A stretch of DNA of 64,000 nucleotides from contig CAVXLD010000003.1 of assembly GCA_963762565.1 (NCBI GenBank), positions 192,001 through 256,000 of the forward strand. The letters are read 5' to 3'. The notes beneath the pieces are model-generated. The model was not told the DNA's origin. It saw only the letters and a list, made by a program, of their open reading frames with translations, and did not search any database. Positions within the stretch are counted from its first letter, which is position 1, and each line of letters opens with the position of its first letter. The DNA is from an uncultured Verrucomicrobiae bacterium (lineage in GTDB: Bacteria > Verrucomicrobiota > Verrucomicrobiia > Chthoniobacterales > JAFAMB01). Below are positions 10,707 through 20,845 of the stretch, in pieces. Both the position numbers and the translations under genes were made by a program.

Positions 10707-12115
10707 ATAGTTTGACTGCGCTTCTCATCGTCCTCTTGGTGATACTGATCACCATCGGGTTCGGGATTTTTGGGGTACGCAGGGTCCGGATGAGTCCGTC
10801 CCAATTTATCCTGGGTGGTCGGTCGTTTGGCGTGATCTTTCTTTGGTTACTGAGCGCCGGGGAGATCTATACTAGCTTCACTTTTTTAGGCGCGGCGGGT
10901 TGGGCTTATGGCAAAGGCGCCCCGGCGTTTTATATCATTTGCTATCTGACCGTCTCCTGCATCACACTTTTTTTCTATTTCCCGCCGGTGTGGAGGATTG
11001 CTCAGCGCGAAGGTCTCCTGACAAACGCCGACTATATCGGTTACAAATATCAAAGCCGGGGTCTTGGGCTCTTGACCGCGCTGGTGGGGGTGGTTTTTCT
11101 TATTCCCTATATCACGTTGCAGCTGACCGGGATTCAGATCCTGTTACAGATCGCCGGTTACGGCACTGTCAACTCGGTGTGGGCGGCCGGGACGGCTTTT
11201 GCGCTGATTGTTGGCTTTGTCTCGGTCGCCGGTCTTCGCGGGGCGGCCTGGGCTAGCCTGATCAAAGACGCTCTGGTGTTGGCGGGGGTTGTGTTTGCCG
11301 GCATTGTGTTGCCCATCCAATTCTTTGGTTCTCCAAAAGGCGTCATTGACGCCGTCCTTAAAGTTGAGCCGCACTGGATGACGTTGGCGAATGGGACGGA
11401 CAATTTTGGAACCGTGTGGTTCGTTTCCACCGTGTTACTATCCGGTCTGGGCGGCTTCATGTATCCACACGCGTTCGCCGCCAATTTAGCTGCCAGCAGT
11501 CCGAACACGATCAGGCGTAACGCGATGATTTTACCATTCTACCAGTTGATGTTGTTGCTGGTGTTTTTTGCCGGATTCACCGCTCTCCTGATGAAGCCTG
11601 GACTCAAAGGAACCGAGGCGGATCAATCGTTTATGCTGGTGGTACAAGAGCATTACCCATCCTGGGTCCTCGGGATTATTGCCGGTGCCGGCTGTTTAGC
11701 CGGGTTGGTCCCTGCGTCGGCCCAGATTCTGGCGGCGGCGAGCTTGCTTTCGCGAAACGTGTTCAGGGTTTCGGAGGACCGAGTCACGTCTTGGACGAGA
11801 CTTTGGATTGTGTTGATGGCGGTGCTCGCCTTTGGTCTTTGGGTCTATAACCGGGCTAGCTTGGTCGGTCTGTTGTTGATCAGTTATAGCGGAACTACGC
11901 AGCTGTTTCCCGGAGTCATCCTTTCATTACGAACGCGTCCGCCGCATCCGGCGAGCGTGGCGGCAGGTATCGTGGTGGCTTTGGTTCTATTAGCGGTTTT
12001 TGCGTTTGAGGGAGTAGGCGTTGTTTATGGTGTGCATATCGGCGCCGCGGCATTGGTCGCAAACACGGTTTGCCTGTTTGTGGTTGAGTATGTTCTGCGA
12101 CATCGGCACGCGTGA
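10703..12115 (+). CDS. Sodium:solute symporter family protein
   Basis: FILGGRSFG, GEIYTSFTFLGAAGWAY, many TMs; start reassigned to ATG 10703. Confidence 0.9.
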   Translation: MNSLTALLIVLLVILITIGFGIFGVRRVRMSPSQFILGGRSFGVIFLWLLSAGEIYTSFTFLGAAGWAYGKGAPAFYIICYLTVSCITLFFYFPPVWRIAQREGLLTNADYIGYKYQSRGLGLLTALVGVVFLIPYITLQLTGIQILLQIAGYGTVNSVWAAGTAFALIVGFVSVAGLRGAAWASLIKDALVLAGVVFAGIVLPIQFFGSPKGVIDAVLKVEPHWMTLANGTDNFGTVWFVSTVLLSGLGGFMYPHAFAANLAASSPNTIRRNAMILPFYQLMLLLVFFAGFTALLMKPGLKGTEADQSFMLVVQEHYPSWVLGIIAGAGCLAGLVPASAQILAAASLLSRNVFRVSEDRVTSWTRLWIVLMAVLAFGLWVYNRASLVGLLLISYSGTTQLFPGVILSLRTRPPHPASVAAGIVVALVLLAVFAFEGVGVVYGVHIGAAALVANTVCLFVVEYVLRHRHA

Positions 12116-12197
12116 GGTTTCGTTCTCGTTCTCGTCGTCGTCCTTCCGACTTCGCCAACGTCCTGGTTGTGGAGCGCGCCTCGCTTGCGAGGCCGAC
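12112..12197. repeat. Family B REP with CGTTCTCGTCGTCGTCC extension
   Basis: Approximate reverse complement of 54106-54190. Confidence 0.75.
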
Positions 12198-12379
12198 TTC
12201 GAGCGATCGGCACTATAGAGCTTGGGCTTCGTCGGACAGGCTGTCCTCGAATCCGGCGGTGCGGATTGATGGAGTACGGGAGTGTCGGAGTAATGCGGTT
12301 GGTCCGAATCGCGGCCCGCGTAGTTGTTACCGACGCCGAGGACCTTTTCTAATCCTGGACGAAATACCCCTCTAGGTTA

Positions 12380-12479
12380 TGGCACGTCCTCGCGGCGCGC
12401 GGAGATCCGACGTCGCCCCGTTGGGAGGAAAATCGATCGGATCCCTTAAGGCTATGTCGGACAGGCAGCGCGCCCTCCC
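12380..12479. repeat. Family A half-element with nested insert
   Basis: GCGGCGCGCGGAGA-TCCGACGTCGCC...GGCTATGTCGGACAGGCA-GCGCGCCCTCCC. Confidence 0.8.
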
Positions 12480-12480
12480 G

Positions 12481-13365
12481 TTACTCCAAGAACTTCCCGG
12501 TTAGCGTGTTAATCCGTTGTTGGACAAACGAGTCTCTTTCGTAGCGTCCGGGCGGTTTTTTGTCTCGTTCGAGCTCCCATTGCTGCTGTTCTGCTGCCAG
12601 TTTGGCTTTGGCATCGGTATCAAGCTTTTGCCAAAGGAGCCCGTAAATTACCTTTAGCTGATGCTGGAGCGACTCCTCGTAGGCCTTTAAAGCCGCAGCT
12701 TCAAATCTTTCATACTCAGAATCCACGTTTTCGCGGACGAGGGCCGACATCGGCCAGACGAAATGTCTGCTTAGCGCGATGATTTGCCCGTTAGCCGGCT
12801 GGTACTCCAAAAACATTTTATCATCATAGAAATTGCCGTCTTTCTGTCCTCGACCGTTAGCGACGAGAACCAACGAATCGTCTTTCCAATATTGGCCGTA
12901 GACGGAATCGAAAGTAAACCCAGGACGGGCACTGTTCTCGAACGTGGATTTTATTTTGGCGTTGAGATCGGCGGTATTCAGCTCATCGAACCGGCGTTCA
13001 GCAACGTGCTTGAACAGGTAGCATCCAGCCCCATGAATTCCGACGCCCAGGTTAACGCAGAGCCAGCGTTCATCCTTCGAGTAGTAGACGCCGGCAAAGC
13101 CTTTGCCCTGGAAGTCGTCACCGATAGCCGACTTTTGCTCTGGATTTGCTGTCTCGATAACAAAGACCCGATGCACCGGCGGATCCTGGTGCGAATCGAC
13201 GGTGGCAAATAAATAGTGGCCGCTCTCGGAAACGACATAGTCGGAGAAGGTTTCGATCGGGGTTGCGTGGCTGCTGAGGGTTAATAACGCCGACATCGCC
13301 GCCAGCGCCGTCATCGCCGGCAACGCCGCCAACGTTTTTGAACAGGAGTGGAGTAGCTTTGGCAT
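12481..13365 (-). CDS. Exported hypothetical protein with LprI-like C-terminus
   Basis: Signal-like N-terminus; LKVIY..L...KAKLAAEQQQWELERD. Confidence 0.6.
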   Translation of the reverse strand: MPKLLHSCSKTLAALPAMTALAAMSALLTLSSHATPIETFSDYVVSESGHYLFATVDSHQDPPVHRVFVIETANPEQKSAIGDDFQGKGFAGVYYSKDERWLCVNLGVGIHGAGCYLFKHVAERRFDELNTADLNAKIKSTFENSARPGFTFDSVYGQYWKDDSLVLVANGRGQKDGNFYDDKMFLEYQPANGQIIALSRHFVWPMSALVRENVDSEYERFEAAALKAYEESLQHQLKVIYGLLWQKLDTDAKAKLAAEQQQWELERDKKPPGRYERDSFVQQRINTLTGKFLE

Positions 13366-14099
13366 TACTTCTTGGTGGCGGCCTCGAGTTTGTCTTTCCA
13401 GCCGTTCAGGTAAGCGGTGTATTTGGTTTTCTCGTCTTCCTTTAGAAGGGCGGCGATCTTGGGGATCGTGTCCAACATGGTTGCGGATCGATCAGCCATG
13501 GCTTGGATCTTGGAGTCGTCGCCGCTATTCATGGCTTTGATTGCATCGAGATAATCTTTGGCGAACTGCTCGTAGGTTTTGATGAACGCGTTCACGTCCG
13601 GGTTGCTGAAGGTCGGCAAAGCGTCGCTCCCATCAGCGACCTGACTTGCCGGAGCGGCGTTTGCTGCGGCATTAGGAGGTTGAGCGGCCACTGACTGGGG
13701 AACGAACGGTTCGGAGTTGGCTGCCTGGAAATAACCTTGGTTGGTATTGGCACAATAAAATGTCGCGTAGTGATCCGGATTTCGCAGATAGCTAGTGGCC
13801 GATTGAGCCTCGTCTTCAGATAGCTTCTGTTTCAAGACGTGGGGTTCGTTCCGGTTCAGGGCACGATCTAACCAGGAACCTTCACCGGGTTGCAGTCCGG
13901 AATCTGCCTTCGCGGTAGCAGGCCGAAACTCGACGGACAGGATACCATCGGCGTAGTTGAGGTTAAGGTTGGCGTTACCCCGAATACGCAGGGGAAAGTT
14001 GGTCTGAGCGGCGCCAATCAGCGGCGCGATAAATGCCATAGCCAGAAGAATCGAGGTTACCCGGGAGAAGTCTCGTTCCAGTTTTTTGTGTTTGCGCAT
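13365..14099 (-). CDS. Exported hypothetical protein
   Basis: Signal-like segment; stop overlaps next start by one base. Confidence 0.65.
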   Translation of the reverse strand: MRKHKKLERDFSRVTSILLAMAFIAPLIGAAQTNFPLRIRGNANLNLNYADGILSVEFRPATAKADSGLQPGEGSWLDRALNRNEPHVLKQKLSEDEAQSATSYLRNPDHYATFYCANTNQGYFQAANSEPFVPQSVAAQPPNAAANAAPASQVADGSDALPTFSNPDVNAFIKTYEQFAKDYLDAIKAMNSGDDSKIQAMADRSATMLDTIPKIAALLKEDEKTKYTAYLNGWKDKLEAATKK

Positions 14100-14195
14100 A
14101 TTTCACTTTCCCGAACTGCTCCGGCGGAGTTTCACGAAAACTGTGTCGTGAGGCTAGTCGATAGTGGCAGCTGTAGAAACAACAGAACTGCTTAG

Positions 14196-14273
14196 CGCTG
14201 GGCCGTACTCGGGAGCCGCCTGCTGCCAACATGCAGAACTTCGAAATTACAAAGCGGCTCCCCTCCAGGCTTG
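14196..14273. repeat. Family E half-element
   Basis: GGGAGCCGC...AAAGCGGCTCCCCTCCAGGCTTG, shared with 28765-29047. Confidence 0.7.
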
Positions 14274-14309
14274 AACGCTCTTCGCGCTTTTGTTTACATC
14301 CTTCGCCAA

Positions 14310-15059
14310 ATGGCTGACTGGCTGAGTTCCACTGCCGGCGGGAGTCTACGATTCGAAACCACACAATGGAGCTTGGTCTCCGCGGCGGCAGCAGAGGACC
14401 AGCAGAACCGTGCCGCCTTCGAGGATCTGTATCGCAGTTATTGTCACCCGGTCTATGCATTCATCCGGCGACGAGGTTATGCCCGTCAAGATGCTCAGGA
14501 TTTAACTCAAGACTTCTTTCTCCATCTCTCGGAGAAGAATGCGTTTATCCGGGCAGATCCCAATCGGGGGAAGTTTCGTAGCTTTCTTTTAGGATCCCTG
14601 CAGTTCTTTCTGCAACATGCTGAAGAACGGGCGAGAACCGAAAAGCGCGGGGGTCATGCCAGAATGATTTTTATCGATGATGAAACTGCCGAGGCCAAAT
14701 ATCAATTGACGGATCAGAGACAAAACGCGGAACAAGTCTTTGACGCACGCTGGGCGGCAACGCTGATCCAAGGCACGGTCAACCGTCTAAAGACGGAGAT
14801 GGAGTCGGCGGGAAAAGCGGGCTTATTCGAGCAAATCCGTGGGTTCTTGATTGATGGCGAAGATGCTTCTTACCAGGAGATCGCGGAGCGGACTGGGTTA
14901 ACCCTGGGGGCAGTCAAGTTAACGATTCATCGAATGAGAGCGCGCTACCGGGAACTACTGCGGGCGGAGGTCGCGAGAACGGTGGTCAGTTCGGCGGATT
15001 TCGAGCAAGAGATACAAGCGCTGCGGGAATCCTTACAAAGCGGTTATTTGGCGGCTTGA
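14310..15059 (+). CDS. ECF sigma-70 factor, kinase-associated type
   Basis: FETTQWSLV, DAQDLTQDFF, GKFRSFL, SYQEIA..G.T.GAVK; followed by a kinase gene. Confidence 0.9.
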   Translation: MADWLSSTAGGSLRFETTQWSLVSAAAAEDQQNRAAFEDLYRSYCHPVYAFIRRRGYARQDAQDLTQDFFLHLSEKNAFIRADPNRGKFRSFLLGSLQFFLQHAEERARTEKRGGHARMIFIDDETAEAKYQLTDQRQNAEQVFDARWAATLIQGTVNRLKTEMESAGKAGLFEQIRGFLIDGEDASYQEIAERTGLTLGAVKLTIHRMRARYRELLRAEVARTVVSSADFEQEIQALRESLQSGYLAA

Positions 15060-15060
15060 A

Positions 15061-15167
15061 CTTGTGTCCTGTCCCATAAATAACGTGGCTTTCGTTGCGA
15101 TCAAAATGGGCCGCCGGCAAGGCGGCTGCCGGGCGAAAGCCACGTTACTTATGGGACAGGACACTAG
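15061..15167. mobile_element. 107-bp MITE-like element
   Basis: 34-bp terminal inverted repeats with 2 mismatches (CT[T/A]GTGTCCTGTCCCATAA[A/G]TAACGTGGCTTTCG). Confidence 0.7.
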
Positions 15168-15235
15168 GCACCGGGTGGCAGGAGAGGTTAGCGATTGCCC
15201 GTAGTCTGCTTTTCCGCTAATGCGTTATCGGAATT

Positions 15236-17644
15236 ATGGGTCCTGCCGGTCCGCCGAATCTCGCTGTTTGCCGGCATTGTGGAGCCCAGATCGCTTCGGA
15301 GGATTCTTACTCGGGGTATTGTTTCAGCTGTCTCCTGGCGCCGGCTGTAGCTCCTGACGACCAAATGGCGATGGATGCAGACGCGCGGTTTGATCACTAC
15401 GAGATTTTGACGCATCCGGATGGATCGTTGGTCGAATTGGGACGCGGTTCAATGGGGATAACCTATCAAGCGGTTGACAGGACCTTACAGTTCCCGGTCG
15501 CGCTAAAGGTCATTAATTGGCGAACGCCGGGAGAAAAGATTTTGCAGGAGCGTTTTTTACGGGAGGCTCGCGCCGCAGCCCGGCTGAGACATCCCCATGT
15601 TGCCAGCGTCCTGTACTATGGGGTTAGATCGGACGGCCAATGCTTTTATACGATGGAATTCGTGGAGGGCGAGACCCTGGCTAAACGAATCCAACGCAGC
15701 GGCCCGCTACCGGTTGCGGAGGCGCTGGAAGTGGTAAGTCAGGTGGCAGACGCCCTGGGAGCTGCGGAAAAGCACGGGCTAGTGCATCGGGATCTCAAGC
15801 CGGCAAACCTGATGCTATTGAACGGGCCGGGGACTAAGGTAAAGATCATTGACTTTGGTCTGGCCAAGTCAATCGGAGATAATGCGGACACCGTTACGAT
15901 TACCCAATCCGGATTTCTGGGGACGCCAGCATTTGCGAGTCCGGAACAGTTTTCCGGCGCCCCGATAGACCATCGTTCGGATTATTTTTCTCTCGGCAGC
16001 ACGTTCTTCTATTTGCTGACTGGGACGGTTGCCTTCCGGGCAAACGAAATTGGCGGTGTCGCGGACGGGCTGAAGAACAGCGAGAAGCCGGTCGAACGAC
16101 TTAAGAAGGCCGGAATGCCTTTGCCGGTGCGGGAATTGGTCGGCGCGCTCTTGAGCGCCGATCCGGCAAACCGACCGCAAAACGGAACTGCCCTCAGCAT
16201 GGCAATTGCCAAGTGCAAACAGGAAGTGGCGGATCTGAAGCAGAGAGAAAAGGTTAACTGGAGATCGGTTAGGGGCTTAGCGCTGGCAGTGGGAATCGCG
16301 CTGATCGCGGGAATCGGAATACTAATCTACGCTCTGAATGTCAGGAACGAGACACCCGCAAAACCAATCGGAAAGGCGGCTTCGAATGACCCGATTGCTT
16401 ACGAGCTTTATTTGCACGCGACCGATCTCATGCAGCATGCCGACGAACAAAGCGGAGCGGAACCTTATTTTACGATGGTCAGATTGTTGGAAGAGGCAAC
16501 CAGGCGCGATCCTAATTTTTTTGCCGCTTGGGAAGAGTTGGCCGTGGCTGATGATGGGCTCTACACGATGAGAGCCGATTATAGCCCGGGTCGCCGGGCA
16601 CTAGCGGAAGCGGCCATTAACACCGCGCTAAAACTGCAGCCCGATAATCCTGACGTTCATTTGGAAATGGCGATTCACGTGTTTTCGACTGAGCGCGATT
16701 TTAAGCGTGCTCTGGAAGAAGCGAAAATCGCTACGCAGTCAACGGTACAGGCACATCGGGCCTATCTTCTGATCGGCGAGTTTAGTTGCTGCCTTGGGCA
16801 ATGGAAGGATGCGCTAACGAGCTATCAAAAGGCATACGAGATCAATCCGAAGATTCACACAATGCTCGAGGACCAGATAACCTTGTACCAGCGCCATCGC
16901 GATTACGCTGAAGCGCTTCGGGTTCTCGATCAGGCTGCTTCCACGGGTTCATCATTCCCAAACGTTGTCGAGCAGATGCGGGCGGAGATTCTATGGCAGG
17001 AGAAAGGCGATACGTCGGCCTACCAGGCCATCTTTGACGACCCGAGCGGATCATTACATCCGAATGGAACAGCAACGCCGCTGAAAATTATGTGCGCACT
17101 AGCCAACCGCGATTTTGCCGGAGCCCAGAAGATTCTAGACGCAGATCGGGCCGAAGAATTCAGTAATGACGCCGGACAGTTTACGTCTCGAAACGATCTG
17201 CAAGGCTGGATCGCCCGCTCAAAGAGTGACGAAGCGGGGGCTAGGAATCCGTATGAAAAGGCGCGAACCTATTATCTAACGAAGGTCCAGAAATGGGCGG
17301 ATGATCCGGTTCCGTTGATGTCGCTGGCCATAACGGACGCTGCTCTTGGTCGGAAAGACGAAGCAATTCAGGAGGCAACCCAAGCCGTTGCCATGAGGCC
17401 GATGAGCAAAGACGCGGTGGACGGTCCGCCGCTTTTGGTGAATCGAGCTCAGGTCTATCTCTGGTTAGGAGAAAAGAATTTAGCTTTGGAGCAGTTAGAA
17501 GCGCTGCAGAATGTTCCTAACGGTCTTACCTACGGTGATCTCAGCAAATCACCAACGTGGGATGCTCTTCGTTGGGAACCGCGTTTTCAGAAGCTGTTAG
17601 CCGGCCTAGGGCCGATCCCGATCGAGAACCGAGGCGAAAAGTGA
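15236..17644 (+). CDS. Membrane Ser/Thr kinase with Cys4 ribbon and TPRs (paralog of 1558..4368)
   Basis: Same kinase motifs; shared C-terminus LGPIPIENRG(G)EK. Confidence 0.92.
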   Translation: MGPAGPPNLAVCRHCGAQIASEDSYSGYCFSCLLAPAVAPDDQMAMDADARFDHYEILTHPDGSLVELGRGSMGITYQAVDRTLQFPVALKVINWRTPGEKILQERFLREARAAARLRHPHVASVLYYGVRSDGQCFYTMEFVEGETLAKRIQRSGPLPVAEALEVVSQVADALGAAEKHGLVHRDLKPANLMLLNGPGTKVKIIDFGLAKSIGDNADTVTITQSGFLGTPAFASPEQFSGAPIDHRSDYFSLGSTFFYLLTGTVAFRANEIGGVADGLKNSEKPVERLKKAGMPLPVRELVGALLSADPANRPQNGTALSMAIAKCKQEVADLKQREKVNWRSVRGLALAVGIALIAGIGILIYALNVRNETPAKPIGKAASNDPIAYELYLHATDLMQHADEQSGAEPYFTMVRLLEEATRRDPNFFAAWEELAVADDGLYTMRADYSPGRRALAEAAINTALKLQPDNPDVHLEMAIHVFSTERDFKRALEEAKIATQSTVQAHRAYLLIGEFSCCLGQWKDALTSYQKAYEINPKIHTMLEDQITLYQRHRDYAEALRVLDQAASTGSSFPNVVEQMRAEILWQEKGDTSAYQAIFDDPSGSLHPNGTATPLKIMCALANRDFAGAQKILDADRAEEFSNDAGQFTSRNDLQGWIARSKSDEAGARNPYEKARTYYLTKVQKWADDPVPLMSLAITDAALGRKDEAIQEATQAVAMRPMSKDAVDGPPLLVNRAQVYLWLGEKNLALEQLEALQNVPNGLTYGDLSKSPTWDALRWEPRFQKLLAGLGPIPIENRGEK

Positions 17645-17704
17645 GCATCGCTCTATTCCTTAAATTTGGTTTTGCGCCGGATTAATCTCTGGGAAGCGAC
17701 AGGG

Positions 17705-17879
17705 GGCGGAACGGCGAAAGGGCCAAAGGGCGAAAGGGCGAAAGGGCGAAAGGGCGAGGGGAGGGATCGCGTCCTCGCGATCCGTTGTTCGCGGAGATGG
17801 GCGGGTTTGGGTAAAGAGGAATCCAATAAACCGGTAGGTTTGGAACGTCTTCGCGGCGCGCGGGGACGCGATCCCTCCC
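17705..17879. repeat. Octamer tandem (GGCGAAAG-like) followed by an uninterrupted family A doublet
   Basis: About six octamer units, then GGGAGGGATCGCGTCC...GGACGCGATCCCTCCC. Confidence 0.8.
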
Positions 17880-18057
17880 CTCGCCACATCGCCCGCACGG
17901 CTGATCATTTCGGGCGTCGGCGCGTTTACTCGGAAAAAAACTCCGAAACCTTGCGCGTGGAATCCGTGATTTGTGGATTATGCGGCTTAAGCGTAAGCAA
18001 GTTTGTAAATCCGGCATATCGATTCTCACGGCTTGCCGGCCTATGATCATGCGATCC

Positions 18058-18501
18058 ATGAGAAGAATCAGTCTCGTAATATTCTGTTGCCTGTTCCCGT
18101 TTGTTACCGGAATTGGTTTAGCGAATCCCTCCGAAGCGCTTAAACAGCTCGAAAAGGCCCCATTTTTTCCCTTTGGCGGGGTCGGAGTTGTGGGAAGCCG
18201 GTCGCCCAGCGACACCCTTTTTCTTGAACTCGTGAACGACCCGAATAAGGCCGCGTTGTTTCATTCTCTCTGGGAAGGGGGAAACGACCAAGCCAAGTGC
18301 TATGCTCTACTCGGGCTCTATTGGCTAAAGGATCCGGACGCCGATCGATTTGCTCAGCACCTCATTTTTTGGCATGTATCCGTCGCGACCGCTCACGGCT
18401 GCATGGTTGGGATGAAGGAAGAGGTTGCCACCTTCATTGATAGCCTTAAGTCGGGTCAACATATCAGGTATTATTTTCCTGAATTAGTGGCCGCGCATTA
18501 G
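18058..18501 (+). CDS. Exported hypothetical protein
   Basis: MRRISLVIFCCLFPF signal-like; start uncertain. Confidence 0.6.
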   Translation: MRRISLVIFCCLFPFVTGIGLANPSEALKQLEKAPFFPFGGVGVVGSRSPSDTLFLELVNDPNKAALFHSLWEGGNDQAKCYALLGLYWLKDPDADRFAQHLIFWHVSVATAHGCMVGMKEEVATFIDSLKSGQHIRYYFPELVAAH

Positions 18502-18537
18502 GCCGGAAACAAAACAAGAAATGGACACATTCACACG

Positions 18538-19311
18538 ATGAAACTCTCACAAGTCGCCGCCCAGCTTTACACCGTCCGAGATTATCTTTCGGACTCAGCT
18601 TCGTTTGCCAAGAGTGTCGAACGCTTGAAAGCGATCGGTTATCAAGCGGTTGAGCTGATTCCTTCCAATACGATCAGCGACAAAGAGGTTGCGGCCATCT
18701 GCCGGGATGCGGGCGTCGCGGTCGCTGCCGCGCATCTGCCGGGCAAGACGCTGTTGGAAGAACCAAAGGCGATGGTGGAAAAATTGCAGACGGTAGGGGC
18801 GAAGCTTGGGGTATACGCTTTTCCCGGTGGAGTCGACCTGAGTTCGGGGGAGCGAGTTAATCGTTTAGCCGACCAGCTTGAGAAGGCCGCCGCGGTTCTC
18901 GTCGGGCACGATCTGATTCTGGCTTATCATAATCATGCTTTTGAGTTTTCCCGGCTTGATGGTGAGCTGGTGTTCGAAATTCTGCAGAAACGCGCTCCGG
19001 CTATGTCGTTCGAGTTCGATACTTATTGGGCGCAATACGGTGGCGTCAGTCTCGAACGATGGATCCAGCGACTAGGCAGTAAGCTGGTAAGCCTACACAT
19101 GAAAGATTACGGGGTGCCGGCGAAACATAATGATCCGCCTTTTATGGCCGAGGTTGGTTACGGTAACCTCGATTTTCAAATTCTGGTTACCGAAGCGGAA
19201 AAGGCCGGCTGCCAATGGTTCGTAGTGGAACAGGATTTCACCCAGCGAAACGCGTTCGATTCGCTGGAAATGAGTTTTCGGTATGTGAAAGAGAAGCTGG
19301 TGGGGGATTGA
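18538..19311 (+). CDS. Sugar phosphate isomerase/epimerase (TIM barrel)
   Basis: QLYTVRD, YHNHAFEF, EFDTYW, HMKD, VVEQD. Confidence 0.88.
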   Translation: MKLSQVAAQLYTVRDYLSDSASFAKSVERLKAIGYQAVELIPSNTISDKEVAAICRDAGVAVAAAHLPGKTLLEEPKAMVEKLQTVGAKLGVYAFPGGVDLSSGERVNRLADQLEKAAAVLVGHDLILAYHNHAFEFSRLDGELVFEILQKRAPAMSFEFDTYWAQYGGVSLERWIQRLGSKLVSLHMKDYGVPAKHNDPPFMAEVGYGNLDFQILVTEAEKAGCQWFVVEQDFTQRNAFDSLEMSFRYVKEKLVGD

Positions 19312-19602
19312 TTGGTAGGGCGAGGCTCCCGAAGGGCCTGAGAGGGTGCGCAACGCGAGTCGCGTTTGCTGTATGTCCGTCTGCAGTGCCGAAGAGTTGC
19401 CGAGCCGAGACCCAGCGTGTGCCACGTTGGGTTAATCGATTGAAGGGCGGCGGGTGAAGACGGAACCACGTTCGACGTCTTAGGGCCCGACCCCGTGATA
19501 GACCCGGCTCGGCGGCGCATCGGCCCAATGCGTAAAACCGTGGTTCAAGTGCAGTAGTCTCTGGAAAGCCGAAAGGATCGTGCGGGAGCCTCGCCCCACC
19601 AA
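19312..19602. repeat. Family C long inverted-repeat element
   Basis: TTGGTAGGGCGAGGCTCCCG...CGGGAGCCTCGCCCCACCAA with inner GCCGAGCCG/CGGCTCGGC. Confidence 0.85.
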
Positions 19603-19656
19603 ATTCTAGCCGCTTGTCTATATCCTACTGGTATGGTAGGCATTGTGGCGTAACCG

Positions 19657-20619
19657 ATGAACCTGCCGAACCGCATCATCCCAAAACTCCGACACTGCGT
19701 AACTCCGATACTCCGCTGGTTCGCTGCTGCTATCCTCGTGAGTCCCATCGCTTGTAACGCGTTGACTCTCCGGATCGGATACCAAAAGGCGGCCAGCACG
19801 TTGGTCTTGCTGAAGGCTCATGGCACGCTGGAAAAGAAGCTCGCGCCGTCACACGTCGACGTGAAATGGCTCGAGTTCGCTGCCGGTCCGCAACTTTTGG
19901 AGGGATTGAACCTCGGCTCAATCGATTTCGGATATGTCGGCGAAGTGCCGCCGGTTTTTGCTTTAGCGGCCGGAGCGCCCCTGGTTTATACCGCGTACGA
20001 GTTGCCCTCTCCCGAGGCCGAAGGGATTTTGGTGCCGAAAGATTCGCCAATTCAGACGATCGCCGATCTAAAGGGGAAAAAGGTTGCTTTCAACAAAGGA
20101 TCCGATGTGCATTGGCTGGTGGTGAAGGCGCTGGAAGACGCCGGGTTGAAGTATGGTGACATTCAGGCTGCTTACTTGACTCCTGCGGATGCCCGGGCGG
20201 CTTTTCAGAATGGCGCCATCGATGCCTGGGCGATTTGGGGTCCTTTTTTCGTCGCGGCGCAGAGACAGCTTGGGGCTCGCGTACTGACCACGGCGAAGGG
20301 AATCGTCAATCGGCATCAATATTTCGTCAGCACGCGCAGTTTTGCCGAGCAGAATCCCGAAGTCCTAAAAATCGTGATACAAGAGCTGGGTGAAGTTGGG
20401 CAATGGGTCCGGAACAATTATTCGCAAGCCGCAAACGAATTGGCCCCGATTCAGGGACTCGATCCTGATATTATCGAGGCGAGTCTCCGTCACTACCAGC
20501 ACGTCTACAAACCGATCGATGACGCCGTGCTGGCCGACCAACAACGAATCGCCGATACGTTTTACGAATTGAAGCTAATCCCGCAAAAGCTTTCGGTGAA
20601 GGACGCGGTGGTGAAGTAG
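19657..20619 (+). CDS. ssuA: Aliphatic sulfonate ABC substrate-binding protein
   Basis: LRIGYQK, W.EF.AGPQLLE.LN.GSIDFG, DLKGKKVAFNKGS, DAWAIW. Confidence 0.85.
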   Translation: MNLPNRIIPKLRHCVTPILRWFAAAILVSPIACNALTLRIGYQKAASTLVLLKAHGTLEKKLAPSHVDVKWLEFAAGPQLLEGLNLGSIDFGYVGEVPPVFALAAGAPLVYTAYELPSPEAEGILVPKDSPIQTIADLKGKKVAFNKGSDVHWLVVKALEDAGLKYGDIQAAYLTPADARAAFQNGAIDAWAIWGPFFVAAQRQLGARVLTTAKGIVNRHQYFVSTRSFAEQNPEVLKIVIQELGEVGQWVRNNYSQAANELAPIQGLDPDIIEASLRHYQHVYKPIDDAVLADQQRIADTFYELKLIPQKLSVKDAVVK

Positions 20620-20625
20620 GCAAAC

Positions 20626-20843
20626 TTTGGTGGGGCGAGGCTCCTGAACCAACTACGGATCCCCCGAAGCAAACAAGCTTGCTTCGCGTTCAATCAATTT
20701 GTTAGGCCGGTATACGCGCCGAGCCGCGTCCAGTGCTGGGTCACGGCTCGGCGCGCTTGTAGGCCTAATCAAACGATCCAGCAAGACGACCTTGGCTGCT
20801 TCGGGAAATCTGGTGGAACGTTCGGGAGCCTCGCCCCATCAAA
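20626..20843. repeat. Family C element forming one long hairpin
   Basis: Same outer and inner inverted repeats; lies between convergent genes. Confidence 0.85.
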
Positions 20844-20845
20844 AT

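Noticed and set aside
17653..18046. Short ORFs over repeats (also 6162, 10160, 22092, 27164, 29470)
   Set aside because: Translations of REP and tandem-repeat DNA with no protein features
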